This document shows positions 1 through 7,983 of a stretch of 12,175 bases of DNA, piece after piece. Made by a program: the position numbers and the translations under genes. A model generated the notes under the pieces. It was not told where the DNA came from, searched no databases, and saw only the letters and a program-made list of their open reading frames with translations. The DNA comes from a virus. Its lineage: Duplodnaviria; Heunggongvirae; Uroviricota; Caudoviricetes. The stretch spans positions 1 to 12,175 of the IMG/VR virus record IMGVR_UViG_2778261533_000004, one strand, 5' to 3'. Numbering within the stretch: the first letter of the stretch is position 1; every line of letters begins with the position of its first letter.

Positions 1-201
1 ACGATGATCTGGCAGCCTGAGTTCACAGATAAAACACTCTCTTGGAAACCCGGGGCGGTTCAGTTGCTCGATAAAGTCACGCCCTCACAGTGGGCGGCAA
101 TAGGTGTGCTGGGTAGTCTGGTGTTTGGCCTGCTGACGTATCTGACAAACCTTTATTTCAAGATTAAAGAAGATAAGCGCAAGGCTGCGAGAGGTGAATA
201 A
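1..201 (+). CDS. Class II holin (pinholin), phage 21 S-like; probably 5'-truncated by the window edge
   Basis: ORF ends ...[30 protein letters not shown], matching the S21/EssD pinholin C-terminus as I recall it (one TM segment plus charged tail). Codon 1-3 is in frame with the ATG at 4, so the true start may lie upstream of the window. Stop overlaps the next ATG (TAATG at 199-203). Confidence 0.8.
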   Translation, partial: TMIWQPEFTDKTLSWKPGAVQLLDKVTPSQWAAIGVLGSLVFGLLTYLTNLYFKIKEDKRKAARGE

Positions 202-698
202 TGCCTCCATCATTACGAAAAGCCGTTGCTGCTGCTATTGGTGGCGGGGCTATTGCCATAGCATCTGTGTTAATCACTGGCCCAAGTGGTAACGATGGTC
301 TGGAAGGTGTCAGCTACGTACCATACAAAGATATCGTTGGCGTATGGACTGTATGTCACGGACACACCGGAAAAGACATCATGCTCGGTAAAACGTATAC
401 CAAAGCAGAATGCAAAGCACTCTTGAATAAAGACCTTGCCACTGTCGCCAGACAAATTAACCCGTACATCAAAGTCGATATACCGGAAACAACGCGCGGC
501 GCTCTTTACTCATTCGTTTACAACGTGGGTGCTGGCAATTTCAGAACATCGACGCTTCTTCGCAAAATAAACCAGGGCGATATCAAAGGCGCATGTGATC
601 AGCTACGTCGCTGGACATATGCTGGCGGTAAGCAATGGAAAGGTCTCATGACTCGTCGTGAGATTGAGCGTGAAATCTGTTTGTGGGGTCAGCAATGA
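201..698 (+). CDS. R: SAR endolysin (phage 21 R-type lysozyme, T4-lysozyme-like muramidase)
   Basis: 165-aa ORF with an N-terminal Gly/Ala-rich signal-anchor-release segment ([20 protein letters not shown]) followed by a lysozyme-like domain ([18 protein letters not shown]...). Sits immediately after the pinholin with start/stop overlap, the canonical pinholin plus SAR-endolysin pairing. Confidence 0.92.
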   Translation: MPPSLRKAVAAAIGGGAIAIASVLITGPSGNDGLEGVSYVPYKDIVGVWTVCHGHTGKDIMLGKTYTKAECKALLNKDLATVARQINPYIKVDIPETTRGALYSFVYNVGAGNFRTSTLLRKINQGDIKGACDQLRRWTYAGGKQWKGLMTRREIEREICLWGQQ

Positions 699-1156
699 AC
701 AGAGTAACCGCGATTATCTCCGCTCTGGTTATCTGCATCATCGTCTGCCTGTCATGGGCTGTTAATCATTACCGTGATAACGCCATTACCTACAAAGCCC
801 AGCGCGACAAAAATGCCAGAGAACTGAAGCTGGCGAACGCGGCAATTACTGACATGCAGATGCGTCAGCGTGATGTTGCTGCGCTCGATGCAAAATACAC
901 GAAGGAGTTAGCTGATGCTAAAGCTGAAAATGATGCTCTGCGTGATGATGTTGCCGCTGGTCGTCGTCGGTTGCACATCAAAGCAGTCTGTCAGTCAGTG
1001 CGTGAAGCCACCACCGCCTCCGGCGTGGATAATGCAGCCTCCCCCCGACTGGCAGACACCGCTGAACGGGATTATTTCACCCTCAGAGAGAGGCTGATCA
1101 CTATGCAAAAACAACTGGAAGGAACCCAGAAGTATATTAATGAGCAGTGCAGATAG
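695..1156 (+). CDS. Rz: Rz inner-membrane spanin (i-spanin)
   Basis: Protein [29 protein letters not shown]... with an N-terminal TM segment and coiled-coil periplasmic region, essentially as I recall lambda Rz. Start taken at ATG 695 (overlaps the endolysin stop in ATGA) rather than the tool's upstream ATG at 683. Confidence 0.92.
   Translation: MNRVTAIISALVICIIVCLSWAVNHYRDNAITYKAQRDKNARELKLANAAITDMQMRQRDVAALDAKYTKELADAKAENDALRDDVAAGRRRLHIKAVCQSVREATTASGVDNAASPRLADTAERDYFTLRERLITMQKQLEGTQKYINEQCR
915..1097 (+). CDS. Rz1: Rz1 outer-membrane lipoprotein spanin (o-spanin), embedded in the +1 frame of Rz
   Basis: 60-aa [27 protein letters not shown]... with signal peptide, lipobox (VVGC) and a proline-rich mature region, wholly inside Rz in another frame; the classic embedded Rz/Rz1 architecture. 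Confidence 0.88.
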   Translation: MLKLKMMLCVMMLPLVVVGCTSKQSVSQCVKPPPPPAWIMQPPPDWQTPLNGIISPSERG

Positions 1157-1180
1157 AGTTGCCCATATCGATGGGCAACT
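1157..1180. terminator. Perfect palindromic hairpin between convergent Rz and bor; candidate bidirectional terminator
   Basis: agttgcccat-atcg-atgggcaact: 10-bp perfect inverted repeat with a 4-nt loop, exactly between the Rz stop (1156) and the bor stop (1188). Confidence 0.55.
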
Positions 1181-1187
1181 CATGCAA

Positions 1188-1481
1188 TTATTGTGAGCAA
1201 TACACACGCGCTTCCAGCGGAGTATAAATGCCTAAAGTAATAAAACCGAGCAATCCATTTACGAATGTTTGCTGGGTTTCTGTTTTAACAACATTTTCTG
1301 CGCCGCCACAAATTTTGGCTGCATCGACAGTTTTCTTCTGCCCAATTCCAGAAACGAAGAAATGATGGGTGATGGTTTCCTTTGGTGCTACTGCTGCCGG
1401 TTTGTTTTGAACAGTAAACGTCTGTTGAGCACATCCTGTAATAAGCAGGGCCAGCGCAGTAGCGAGTAGCATTTTTTTCAT
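1188..1481 (-). CDS. bor: Bor lipoprotein (lambda Bor family, serum-resistance-associated outer-membrane lipoprotein)
   Basis: 97-aa ORF MKKMLLATALALLITGCAQQTFTVQNKP... with signal peptide and lipobox (ITGC), matching lambda Bor as I recall it. Opposite strand just downstream of Rz, as in lambda. Confidence 0.92.
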   Translation of the reverse strand: MKKMLLATALALLITGCAQQTFTVQNKPAAVAPKETITHHFFVSGIGQKKTVDAAKICGGAENVVKTETQQTFVNGLLGFITLGIYTPLEARVYCSQ

Positions 1482-1771
1482 GGTGTTATTCCCGATGCTT
1501 TTTGAAGTTCGCAGAATCGTATGTGTAGAAAATTAAACAAACCCTAAACAATGAGTTGAAATTTCATATTGTTAATATTTATTAATGTATGTCAGGTGCG
1601 ATGAATCGTCATTGTATTCCCGGATTAACTATGTCCACAGCCCTGACGGGGAACTTCTCTGCGGGAGTGTCCGGGAATAATTAAAAACGATGCACACAGG
1701 GTTTAGCGCGTACACGTATTGCATTATGCCAACGCCCCGGTGCTGACACGGAAGAAACCGGACGTTATGAT

Positions 1772-2182
1772 TTAGCGTGGAAAGATTTGTGTAGTGTTCT
1801 GAATGCTCTCAGTAAATAGTAATGAATTATCAAAGGTATAGTAATATCTTTTATGTTCATGGATATTTGTAACCCATCGGAAAACTCCTGCTTTAGCAAG
1901 ATTTTCCCTGTATTGCTGAAATGTGATTTCTCTTGATTTCAACCTATCATAGGACGTTTCTATAAGATGCGTGTTTCTTGAGAATTTAACATTTACAACC
2001 TTTTTAAGTCCTTTTATTAACACGGTGTTATCGTTTTCTAACACGATGTGAATATTATCTGTGGCTAGATAGTAAATATAATGTGAGACGTTGTGACGTT
2101 TTAGTTCAGAATAAAACAATTCACAGTTTAAATCTTTTCGCACTTGATCGAATATTTCTTTAAAAATGGCAACCTGAGCCAT
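1772..2182 (-). CDS. ybcV: YbcV/YdfO-like DUF1398 family protein (lambdoid right-end accessory ORF)
   Basis: [34 protein letters not shown]... I chose the internal ATG at 2182 (136 aa) because it has a good SD (GGAAGG about 9 nt upstream); the tool's longer ORF to 2305 starts at a GTG with no obvious RBS. Recognised from memory as the prophage YbcV/YdfO family. Confidence 0.75.
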   Translation of the reverse strand: MAQVAIFKEIFDQVRKDLNCELFYSELKRHNVSHYIYYLATDNIHIVLENDNTVLIKGLKKVVNVKFSRNTHLIETSYDRLKSREITFQQYRENLAKAGVFRWVTNIHEHKRYYYTFDNSLLFTESIQNTTQIFPR

Positions 2183-2467
2183 TGGTAAAACCTTCCATGT
2201 GATACGAGGGCGCGTAGTTTGCATTATCGTTTTTATCGTTTCAATCTGGTCTGACCTCTTTGTGTTTTGTTGATGATTTATGTCAAATATTAGGAATGTT
2301 TTCACTTAATAGTATTGGTTGCGTAACAAAGTGCGGTCCTGCTGGCATTCTGGAGGGAAATACAACCGACAGATGTATGTAAGGCCAACGTGCTCAAATC
2401 TTCATACAGAAAGATTTGAAGTAATATTTTAACCGCTAGATGAAGAGCAAGCGCATGGAGCGACAAA

Positions 2468-2674
2468 ATGAATAAAGAACAATCTGCTGATGATCCCTCC
2501 GTGGATCTGATTCGTGTAAAAAATATGCTTAATAGCACCATTTCTATGAGTTACCCTGATGTTGTAATTGCATGTATAGAACATAAGGTGTCTCTGGAAG
2601 CATTCAGAGCAATTGAGGCAGCGTTGGTGAAGCACGATAATAATATGAAGGATTATTCCCTGGTGGTTGACTGA
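2468..2674 (+). CDS. ybcW: YbcW-like small protein (68 aa), function unknown
   Basis: 68-aa [36 protein letters not shown]..., GGAG about 8 nt upstream of the ATG. Position and length match the DLP12-type ybcW that follows ybcV; divergent from the ybcV-like gene. Confidence 0.7.
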
Positions 2675-2838
2675 TCACCATAACTGCTAATCATTCAAAC
2701 TATTTAGCCTGTGACAGAGCCAACACGCAGTCTGTCACTGTCAGGAAAGTGGTAAAACTGCAACTCAATTACTGCAATGCCCTCGTAATTAAGTGAATTT
2801 ACAATATCGTCCTGTTCGGAGGGAAGAACGCGGGATGT

Positions 2839-3033
2839 TCATTCTTCATCACTTTTAATTGATGTATATGCTCTCTTTTCTGACGTTAGTCTCCGACGGC
2901 AGGCTTCAATGACCCAGGCTGAGAAATTCCCGGACCCTTTTTGCTCAAGAGCGATGTTAATTTGTTCAATCATTTGGTTAGGAAAGCGGATGTTGCGGGT
3001 TGTTGTTCTGCGGGTTCTGTTCTTCGTTGACAT
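2839..3033 (-). CDS. ylcI: YlcI-like DUF3950 family small protein (64 aa), function unknown
   Basis: 64-aa basic ORF MSTKNRTRRTTTRNIRFPNQMIEQINIALEQKGSGNFSAWVIEACRRRL..., located next to the cos-proximal right end as in lambda/DLP12-type prophages. Confidence 0.7.
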   Translation of the reverse strand: MSTKNRTRRTTTRNIRFPNQMIEQINIALEQKGSGNFSAWVIEACRRRLTSEKRAYTSIKSDEE

Positions 3034-3039
3034 GAGGTT

Positions 3040-3231
3040 GCCCCGTATTCAGTGTCGCTGATTTGTATTGTCTGAAGTTGTTTTTACGTTAAGTTGATGC
3101 AGATCAATTAATACGATACCTGCGTCATAATTGATTATTTGACGTGGTTTGATGGCGTAGATGCACGTTGTGACATGTAGATGATAATTATTATCATTTT
3201 GCGGGTCCTTTCCGGCGATCCGACAGGTTAC
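3040..3231. other. Lambda right-end (cos-proximal) non-coding sequence ending at or near the cosN cut position; left breakpoint of a large internal prophage deletion
   Basis: Sequence ...gcgggtcctttccggcgatccgacaggttac resembles the extreme right end of lambda DNA as I recall it (...ACGGGTCCTTTCCGGTGATCCGACAGGTTACG, followed in lambda by the cohesive end GGGCGGCGACCT). Here the cohesive-end and left-arm sequences are absent and lom codons follow directly. Confidence 0.6.
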
Positions 3232-3577
3232 CCGCTGGCATGAAGATTCCGTTCGTAACCGCTGGTTCAGCGTAATGGCGGGGCCGTCTGTGCGCGTGAA
3301 TGAATGGTTCAGCGCGTATGCGATGGCGGGTGTAGCTTACAGCCGTGTGTCGACTTTCTCCGGGGATTATCTTCGCGTAACTGACAACAAGGGGAAAAAG
3401 CACGATGTGCTGACCGGAAGTGATGACGGTCGCCACAGCAACACGTCTCTGGCGTGGGGGGCTGGCGTGCAGTTTAACCCGACCGAATCCGTGGCCATTG
3501 ATATTGCTTATGAAGGCTCCGGCAGTGGTGACTGGCGCACTGACGGTTTCATCGTGGGTGTCGGTTATAAATTCTGA
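3230..3577 (+). pseudogene. lom: lom remnant: C-terminal ~115 codons of a Lom/Ail-family outer-membrane protein, lacking N-terminus and signal peptide
   Basis: In-frame translation from about 3230 reads TRWHEDSVRNRWFSVMAGPSVRVNEWFSAYAMAGVAYSRV...GFIVGVGYKF, the C-terminal part of lambda Lom including the terminal aromatic beta-barrel signature. The tool's ATG at 3275 is an internal Met. No upstream signal peptide or start exists because of the junction with the cos-proximal sequence. Confidence 0.85.
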
Positions 3578-3603
3578 TTAGCCAGGTAACACAGTGTTAT
3601 GAC

Positions 3604-3630
3604 AGCCCGCCGGTTCAGGCGGGCTTTTTT
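3604..3630 (+). terminator. Rho-independent terminator after the lom remnant, immediately upstream of stf
   Basis: agcccgcc-ggttca-ggcgggct followed by tttttt: 8-bp GC-rich stem, 6-nt loop and T-run. Confidence 0.7.
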
Positions 3631-3641
3631 GTGGGGTGAAT

Positions 3642-6600
3642 ATGGCAGTAAAGATTTCAGGTGTACTGAAAGACGGCACAGGAAAACCGGTACAGAACTG
3701 CACAATCCAGCTGAAAGCAAAACGTAACAGCACCACGGTGGTGGTGAACACGCTGGCCTCAGAAAATCCGGATGAAGCCGGGCGTTACAGCATGGACGTT
3801 GAGTACGGGCAGTACAGCGTTATTCTGTTGGTGGAGGGATTCCCGCCGTCACATGCCGGGACCATTACCGTGTATGAAGATTCTCAACCCGGTACGCTGA
3901 ATGATTTTCTCGGTGCCATGACGGAGGATGATGCCCGTCCGGAGGCATTGCGACGTTTTGAACTGATGGTGGAAGAGGTGGCGCGTAACGCGTCCGCAGT
4001 GGCACAGAACACGGCAGCCGCGAAGAAGTCAGCCAGTGATGCCAGCACATCTGCCAGTGAGGCGGCAACTCATGCAACCGATGCTGCAGGCTCAGCACGC
4101 GCAGCCAGCACGTCAGCCGGACAGGCCGCGTCGTCGGCTCAGTCAGCATCTTCCAGCGCAGGAACGGCATCAACAAAGGCCAGTGAAGCATCGAAAAGTG
4201 CTGCTGCTGCAGAGTCCTCAAAAAGCGCGGCAGCTACCAGTGCCGCTGCGGCGAAAACGTCAGAAACGAATGCGGCAGCGTCACAACAATCAGCAGCCAC
4301 TTCTGCATCCGCCGCGACCACGAAGGCGTCAGAAGCAGCCACCTCAGCCCGGGATGCGGCGGCCTCAAAAGAGGCAGCGAAATCATCAGAAACGAACGCA
4401 TCATCAAGCGCCAGTAGTGCCGCTTCCTCGGCAACGGCGGCAGGCAATTCCGCGAAGGCGGCAAAGACGTCTGAGACAAACGCCAGGTCTTCTGAAACGG
4501 CAGCGGGACAGAGCGCCTCGGCTGCGGCAGGCTCAAAAACAGCGGCTGCGTCGTCTGCCAGTGCCGCGTCAACAAGTGCCGGGCAGGCCTCAGCCAGTGC
4601 CACCGCCGCCGGAAAATCGGCAGAAAGTGCCGCATCGTCTGCTTCAACAGCCACAACGAAGGCTGGCGAAGCCACTGAACAGGCCAGCGCAGCAGCGAGG
4701 TCTGCTTCCGCAGCGAAGACATCCGAGACGAACGCGAAAGCGTCGGAAACCAGCGCAGAATCCTCAAAAACGGCTGCCGCATCGTCCGCCAGTTCGGCGG
4801 CGTCATCGGCATCATCGGCGTCTGCTTCAAAAGATGAGGCGACCAGACAAGCGTCCGCAGCGAAGGGCAGCGCCACGACAGCATCCACGAAGGCGACAGA
4901 GGCAGCTGGCAGTGCGACGGCGGCAGCACAGAGCAAAAGTACGGCGGAATCCGCGGCAACGCGCGCCGAGACAGCGGCAAAACGGGCAGAGGATATTGCA
5001 TCCGCCGTGGCGCTTGAGGATGCAAGTACGACGAAAAAGGGGATAGTACAGCTCAGCAGTGCGACCAACAGTACGTCTGAAACGCTGGCGGCAACGCCAA
5101 AGGCAGTAAAATCAGCCTATGACAATGCAGAGAAACGTCTGCAGAAAGACCAGAACGGCGCTGATATACCCGATAAGGGACGCTTCCTGAACAACATTAA
5201 CGCGGTCAGTAAAACAGACTTTGCTGATAAGCGTGGTATGCGTTATGTGCGGGTTAACGCTCCTGCAGGTGCAACATCTGGAAAATATTACCCTGTTGTT
5301 GTTATGCGTTCTGCTGGCTCAGTAAGCGAACTGGCATCAAGGGTCATTATCACCACGGCAACGCGAACCGCAGGCGATCCGATGAATAACTGCGAGTTTA
5401 ACGGATTTGTTATGCCTGGTGGCTGGACTGACAGGGGGCGTTATGCTTATGGAATGTTCTGGCAATATCAAAACAATGAACGAGCCATCCACTCAATAAT
5501 GATGAGTAATAAGGGCGATGATTTGCGCTCTGTGTTCTATGTTGATGGCGCTGCTTTCCCTGTTTTTGCGTTTATCGAAGATGGCCTGTCAATATCCACA
5601 CCTGGTGCTGATCTCGTTGTTAATGATACGACCTATAAGTTTGGGGCAACAAATCCGGCGACTGAATGTATCGCGGCGGACGTTATCCTTGATTTTAAGA
5701 GTGGGCGTGGTTTTTATGAGTCTCATTCGTTAATCGTTAACGATAACTTGTCGTGCAAAAAACTTTTTGCCACAGACGAAATTGTAGCGCGTGGTGGTAA
5801 TCAGATTCGAATGATAGGTGGGGAGTATGGGGCATTATGGCGTAATGATGGCGCTAAAACTTACCTGCTGCTTACCAATCAAGGTGATGTTTATGGTGGC
5901 TGGAATACATTAAGACCGTTTGCTATTGATAACGCAACCGGCGAACTGGTTATTGGAACCAAACTGTCCGCAAGTCTGAACGGTAATGCATTAACAGCAA
6001 CAAAGCTGCAAACGCCAAGACGGGTTTCTGGTGTTGAGTTTGATGGTTCCAAAGATATTACTTTAACCGCCGCGCATGTGGCTGCTTTTGCCAGAAGGGC
6101 AACGGATACATATGCCGATGCGGATGGTGGCGTTCCCTGGAATGCCGAATCAGGCGCTTATAATGTCACCCGCTCTGGCGACAGCTATATTCTGGTTAAC
6201 TTCTATACCGGAGTCGGAAGTTGCCGGACCTTGCAGATGAAGGCGCATTACAGAAATGGTGGTCTGTTCTACCGTTCTTCAAGAGACGGTTATGGTTTTG
6301 AGGAAGACTGGGCAGAAGTTTATACCTCGAAAAATCTTCCACCAGAAAGCTACCCAGTCGGCGCACCAATCCCGTGGCCATCAGATACCGTTCCGTCTGG
6401 TTATGCCCTGATGCAGGGGCAGACTTTTGACAAATCTGCTTACCCGAAACTTGCAGCCGCTTATCCGTCAGGCGTGATCCCTGATATGCGTGGCTGGACG
6501 ATTAAGGGCAAGCCCGCCAGTGGTCGTGCCGTATTGTCTCAGGAACAGGATGGCATTAAATCGCATACCCACAGCGCCAGCGCATCCAGTACGGATTTGG

Positions 6601-7040
6601 GGACGAAAACCACATCGTCGTTTGATTACGGCACTAAATCCACGAATAACACTGGTGCGCATACCCATAGTTTAAGTGGCAGCACGAATGCAGCTGGTAA
6701 TCACAGCCATAGAGATGGCCGTCGATTTAACCCCAGTGTTTTTAAAGATACTTATCAATATGGTTATACAAGCTCAGGTCAAAATACCTGGGGTGTACAA
6801 GGCTCAGTAGGTATGTCTACGGGGTGGTTAGCTAATACCAGTACAGATGGTAATCATAGCCACTCACTGTCCGGCACAGCAGCATCTGCAGGTGCACACG
6901 CGCATACTGTCGGTATTGGTGCTCATACGCACTCCGTTGCGATTGGTTCACATGGACACACCATCACCGTTAACGCTGCTGGTAACGCGGAAAACACCGT
7001 CAAAAACATCGCATTTAACTATATTGTGAGGCTTGCATAA
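3642..7040 (+). CDS. stf: Side tail fibre protein Stf (long, StfR-like variant, ~1132 aa)
   Basis: N-terminus [37 protein letters not shown]... matches lambda Stf as I recall it; start taken at ATG 3642 (the tool's 3636 is a GTG). Followed by a long Ala/Ser/Thr-rich repetitive shaft, a central domain and a His-rich C-terminal tip (HTHS/HSHS/HAHT repeats, ...[11 protein letters not shown]). Stop overlaps the tfa start (TAATG). Confidence 0.93.
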   Translation: MAVKISGVLKDGTGKPVQNCTIQLKAKRNSTTVVVNTLASENPDEAGRYSMDVEYGQYSVILLVEGFPPSHAGTITVYEDSQPGTLNDFLGAMTEDDARPEALRRFELMVEEVARNASAVAQNTAAAKKSASDASTSASEAATHATDAAGSARAASTSAGQAASSAQSASSSAGTASTKASEASKSAAAAESSKSAAATSAAAAKTSETNAAASQQSAATSASAATTKASEAATSARDAAASKEAAKSSETNASSSASSAASSATAAGNSAKAAKTSETNARSSETAAGQSASAAAGSKTAAASSASAASTSAGQASASATAAGKSAESAASSASTATTKAGEATEQASAAARSASAAKTSETNAKASETSAESSKTAAASSASSAASSASSASASKDEATRQASAAKGSATTASTKATEAAGSATAAAQSKSTAESAATRAETAAKRAEDIASAVALEDASTTKKGIVQLSSATNSTSETLAATPKAVKSAYDNAEKRLQKDQNGADIPDKGRFLNNINAVSKTDFADKRGMRYVRVNAPAGATSGKYYPVVVMRSAGSVSELASRVIITTATRTAGDPMNNCEFNGFVMPGGWTDRGRYAYGMFWQYQNNERAIHSIMMSNKGDDLRSVFYVDGAAFPVFAFIEDGLSISTPGADLVVNDTTYKFGATNPATECIAADVILDFKSGRGFYESHSLIVNDNLSCKKLFATDEIVARGGNQIRMIGGEYGALWRNDGAKTYLLLTNQGDVYGGWNTLRPFAIDNATGELVIGTKLSASLNGNALTATKLQTPRRVSGVEFDGSKDITLTAAHVAAFARRATDTYADADGGVPWNAESGAYNVTRSGDSYILVNFYTGVGSCRTLQMKAHYRNGGLFYRSSRDGYGFEEDWAEVYTSKNLPPESYPVGAPIPWPSDTVPSGYALMQGQTFDKSAYPKLAAAYPSGVIPDMRGWTIKGKPASGRAVLSQEQDGIKSHTHSASASSTDLGTKTTSSFDYGTKSTNNTGAHTHSLSGSTNAAGNHSHRDGRRFNPSVFKDTYQYGYTSSGQNTWGVQGSVGMSTGWLANTSTDGNHSHSLSGTAASAGAHAHTVGIGAHTHSVAIGSHGHTITVNAAGNAENTVKNIAFNYIVRLA
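3990..5050 (+). repeat. Low-complexity Ala/Ser/Thr-rich coding repeats in the Stf shaft (reiterated ...AKTSETNA...[10 protein letters not shown]... units)
   Basis: Visible reiteration of GC-rich gcnncngcn codon runs and repeated KTSETNA / SASAA peptide units; this creates long spurious ORFs in other frames and on the opposite strand. Confidence 0.7.
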
Positions 7041-7624
7041 TGGCATTCAGAATGAGTGAACAACCACGGACCATAAAAATTTATAATCTGCTGGCCGGAA
7101 CTAATGAATTTATTGGTGAAGGTGACGCATATATTCCGCCTCATACAGGTCTGCCAGCAAACAGTACCGATATTGCACCGCCAGATATTCCGGCTGGCTT
7201 TGTGGCTGTTTTCAACAGTGATGAGGCATCGTGGCATCTCGTTGAAGATCATCGGGGAAAAACCGTCTATGACGTGGCTTCCGGCGACGCGTTATTTATT
7301 TCTGAACTTGGCTCGTTACCGGAAAATGTCACCTGGTTATCGCCGGAAGGGGAATATCAGAAGTGGAACGGCACAGCCTGGGTGAAGGATACGGAAGCAG
7401 AAAAACTGTTCCGGATCCGGGAGGCGGAAGAAACAAAAAACAACCTGATGCAGGTAGCCAGTGAGCATATTGCGCCACTTCAGGATGCTGCAGATCTGGA
7501 AATCGCAACGGAGGAAGAAAACTCGTTGCTGGAAGCCTGGAAAAAGTATCGGGTGTTGCTGAACCGTGTTAATACAACAACTGCACCTGATATTGAGTGG
7601 CCTACGAACCCTGTCAGGGAGTAA
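7040..7624 (+). CDS. tfa: Tail fibre assembly protein Tfa (chaperone for Stf)
   Basis: 194-aa [76 protein letters not shown]..., matching lambda Tfa as I recall it; translationally coupled to stf. Confidence 0.93.
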   Translation: MAFRMSEQPRTIKIYNLLAGTNEFIGEGDAYIPPHTGLPANSTDIAPPDIPAGFVAVFNSDEASWHLVEDHRGKTVYDVASGDALFISELGSLPENVTWLSPEGEYQKWNGTAWVKDTEAEKLFRIREAEETKNNLMQVASEHIAPLQDAADLEIATEEENSLLEAWKKYRVLLNRVNTTTAPDIEWPTNPVRE

Positions 7625-7638
7625 TCATTGGGATTATG

Positions 7639-7672
7639 CCGCAGAAACGTTGTATGCAATAACGTTTTGCGG
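7639..7672 (+). other. Stem-loop just downstream of tfa (12-bp stem with one bulge, 9-nt loop), no U-tract; possible terminator or regulatory hairpin
   Basis: ccgcagaaacgtt-gtatgcaat-aacgttttgcgg inverted repeat 15 nt after the tfa stop; followed by ttggctgg rather than a T-run. Confidence 0.35.
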
Positions 7673-7910
7673 TTGGCTGGTGAACTTCCGATAGTGCGGG
7701 TGTTGAATGATTTCCAGCTGCTACCGATTTTACATATTTTTGCCTGAGAGGATTTGAACCGCCTCCACAGACTCTACATCACAGATAACCACTGTCACGA
7801 GGACTGTTAGTGCTGTGAGTTCAACGGGGCGATGTACGCTACCTTTAATCAAGAGGGAGAGGTACGTTGCTAAGATGAGTTTATATTCATCAACTAAGTG
7901 CAGATCAGCG

Positions 7911-7958
7911 AATAACTAAAACTTGGCTGTCTGTGACAGGAACATCGATTGACAGCCA
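7911..7958 (-). terminator. Candidate intrinsic terminator for the large minus-strand gene
   Basis: On the minus strand, 26 nt after the stop at 7984: inverted repeat tggctgtc...gacagcca (8-bp stem, long loop with possible internal pairing) followed by the U-rich run UUUUAGUUAUU. Confidence 0.35.
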
Positions 7959-7983
7959 GTTTCTCCACATTTAGGTGTTTAGA

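Noticed and set aside
270-1469. Short ORFs antisense to or overlapping the lysis genes and bor (270..455 -, 995..1207 -, 1269..1469 +)
   Set aside because: Each is antisense to a well-supported gene (endolysin, Rz/Rz1, bor) and has a low-complexity or Cys-rich implausible translation. Only the Rz1 overlap (915..1097 +) is a recognised real embedded gene.
1772-2305. Longer 177-aa version of the YbcV-like ORF starting at 2305
   Set aside because: That start is a GTG with no evident Shine-Dalgarno, whereas the internal ATG at 2182 has GGAAGG at good spacing and gives the 136-aa length I recall for this family. The longer form is kept only as an alternative.
2302-2635. Minus-strand ORFs 2302..2541 and 2429..2635 in and around the ybcV-ybcW divergent region
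   Set aside because: They overlap the ybcW-like start and its promoter region on the wrong strand and have hydrophobic, low-complexity, Cys-rich translations; probably spurious.
3194-3436. Minus-strand ORF 3194..3436 and the 100-aa plus-strand ORF starting at ATG 3275
   Set aside because: The minus-strand ORF is antisense to the lom remnant. The 3275 ATG is an internal Met of Lom, homology extends upstream to about 3230 with no start or signal peptide, so the locus is a pseudogene fragment, not an intact small gene.
3865-5068. Long ORFs in other frames and on the opposite strand within stf (3865..4221 -, 4036..5046 +, 4139..5068 -, 4234..5025 -)
   Set aside because: All lie inside the GC-rich, low-complexity Ala/Ser-codon repeat region of stf, where stop codons are rare in every frame. 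Their translations are Arg/Pro/Gln- or Ala/Asp-rich low-complexity strings typical of frame shadows, and the sense frame is clearly Stf.
5518-7385. Short ORFs overlapping stf and tfa in other frames (5518..5733 +, 6196..6381 -, 6468..6668 -, 6490..6675 +, 6847..7029 +, 7019..7252 -, 7104..7385 +)
   Set aside because: All are embedded in or antisense to the strongly supported stf/tfa frames, with no independent signals.
7735-7830. A bona fide tRNA gene on the minus strand
   Set aside because: Only a T-arm-like element (GGTTCAAATCC) is present; no complementary acceptor stem, no plausible anticodon arm and no CCA. At most a relic; reported as a low-interest finding, not as a tRNA.
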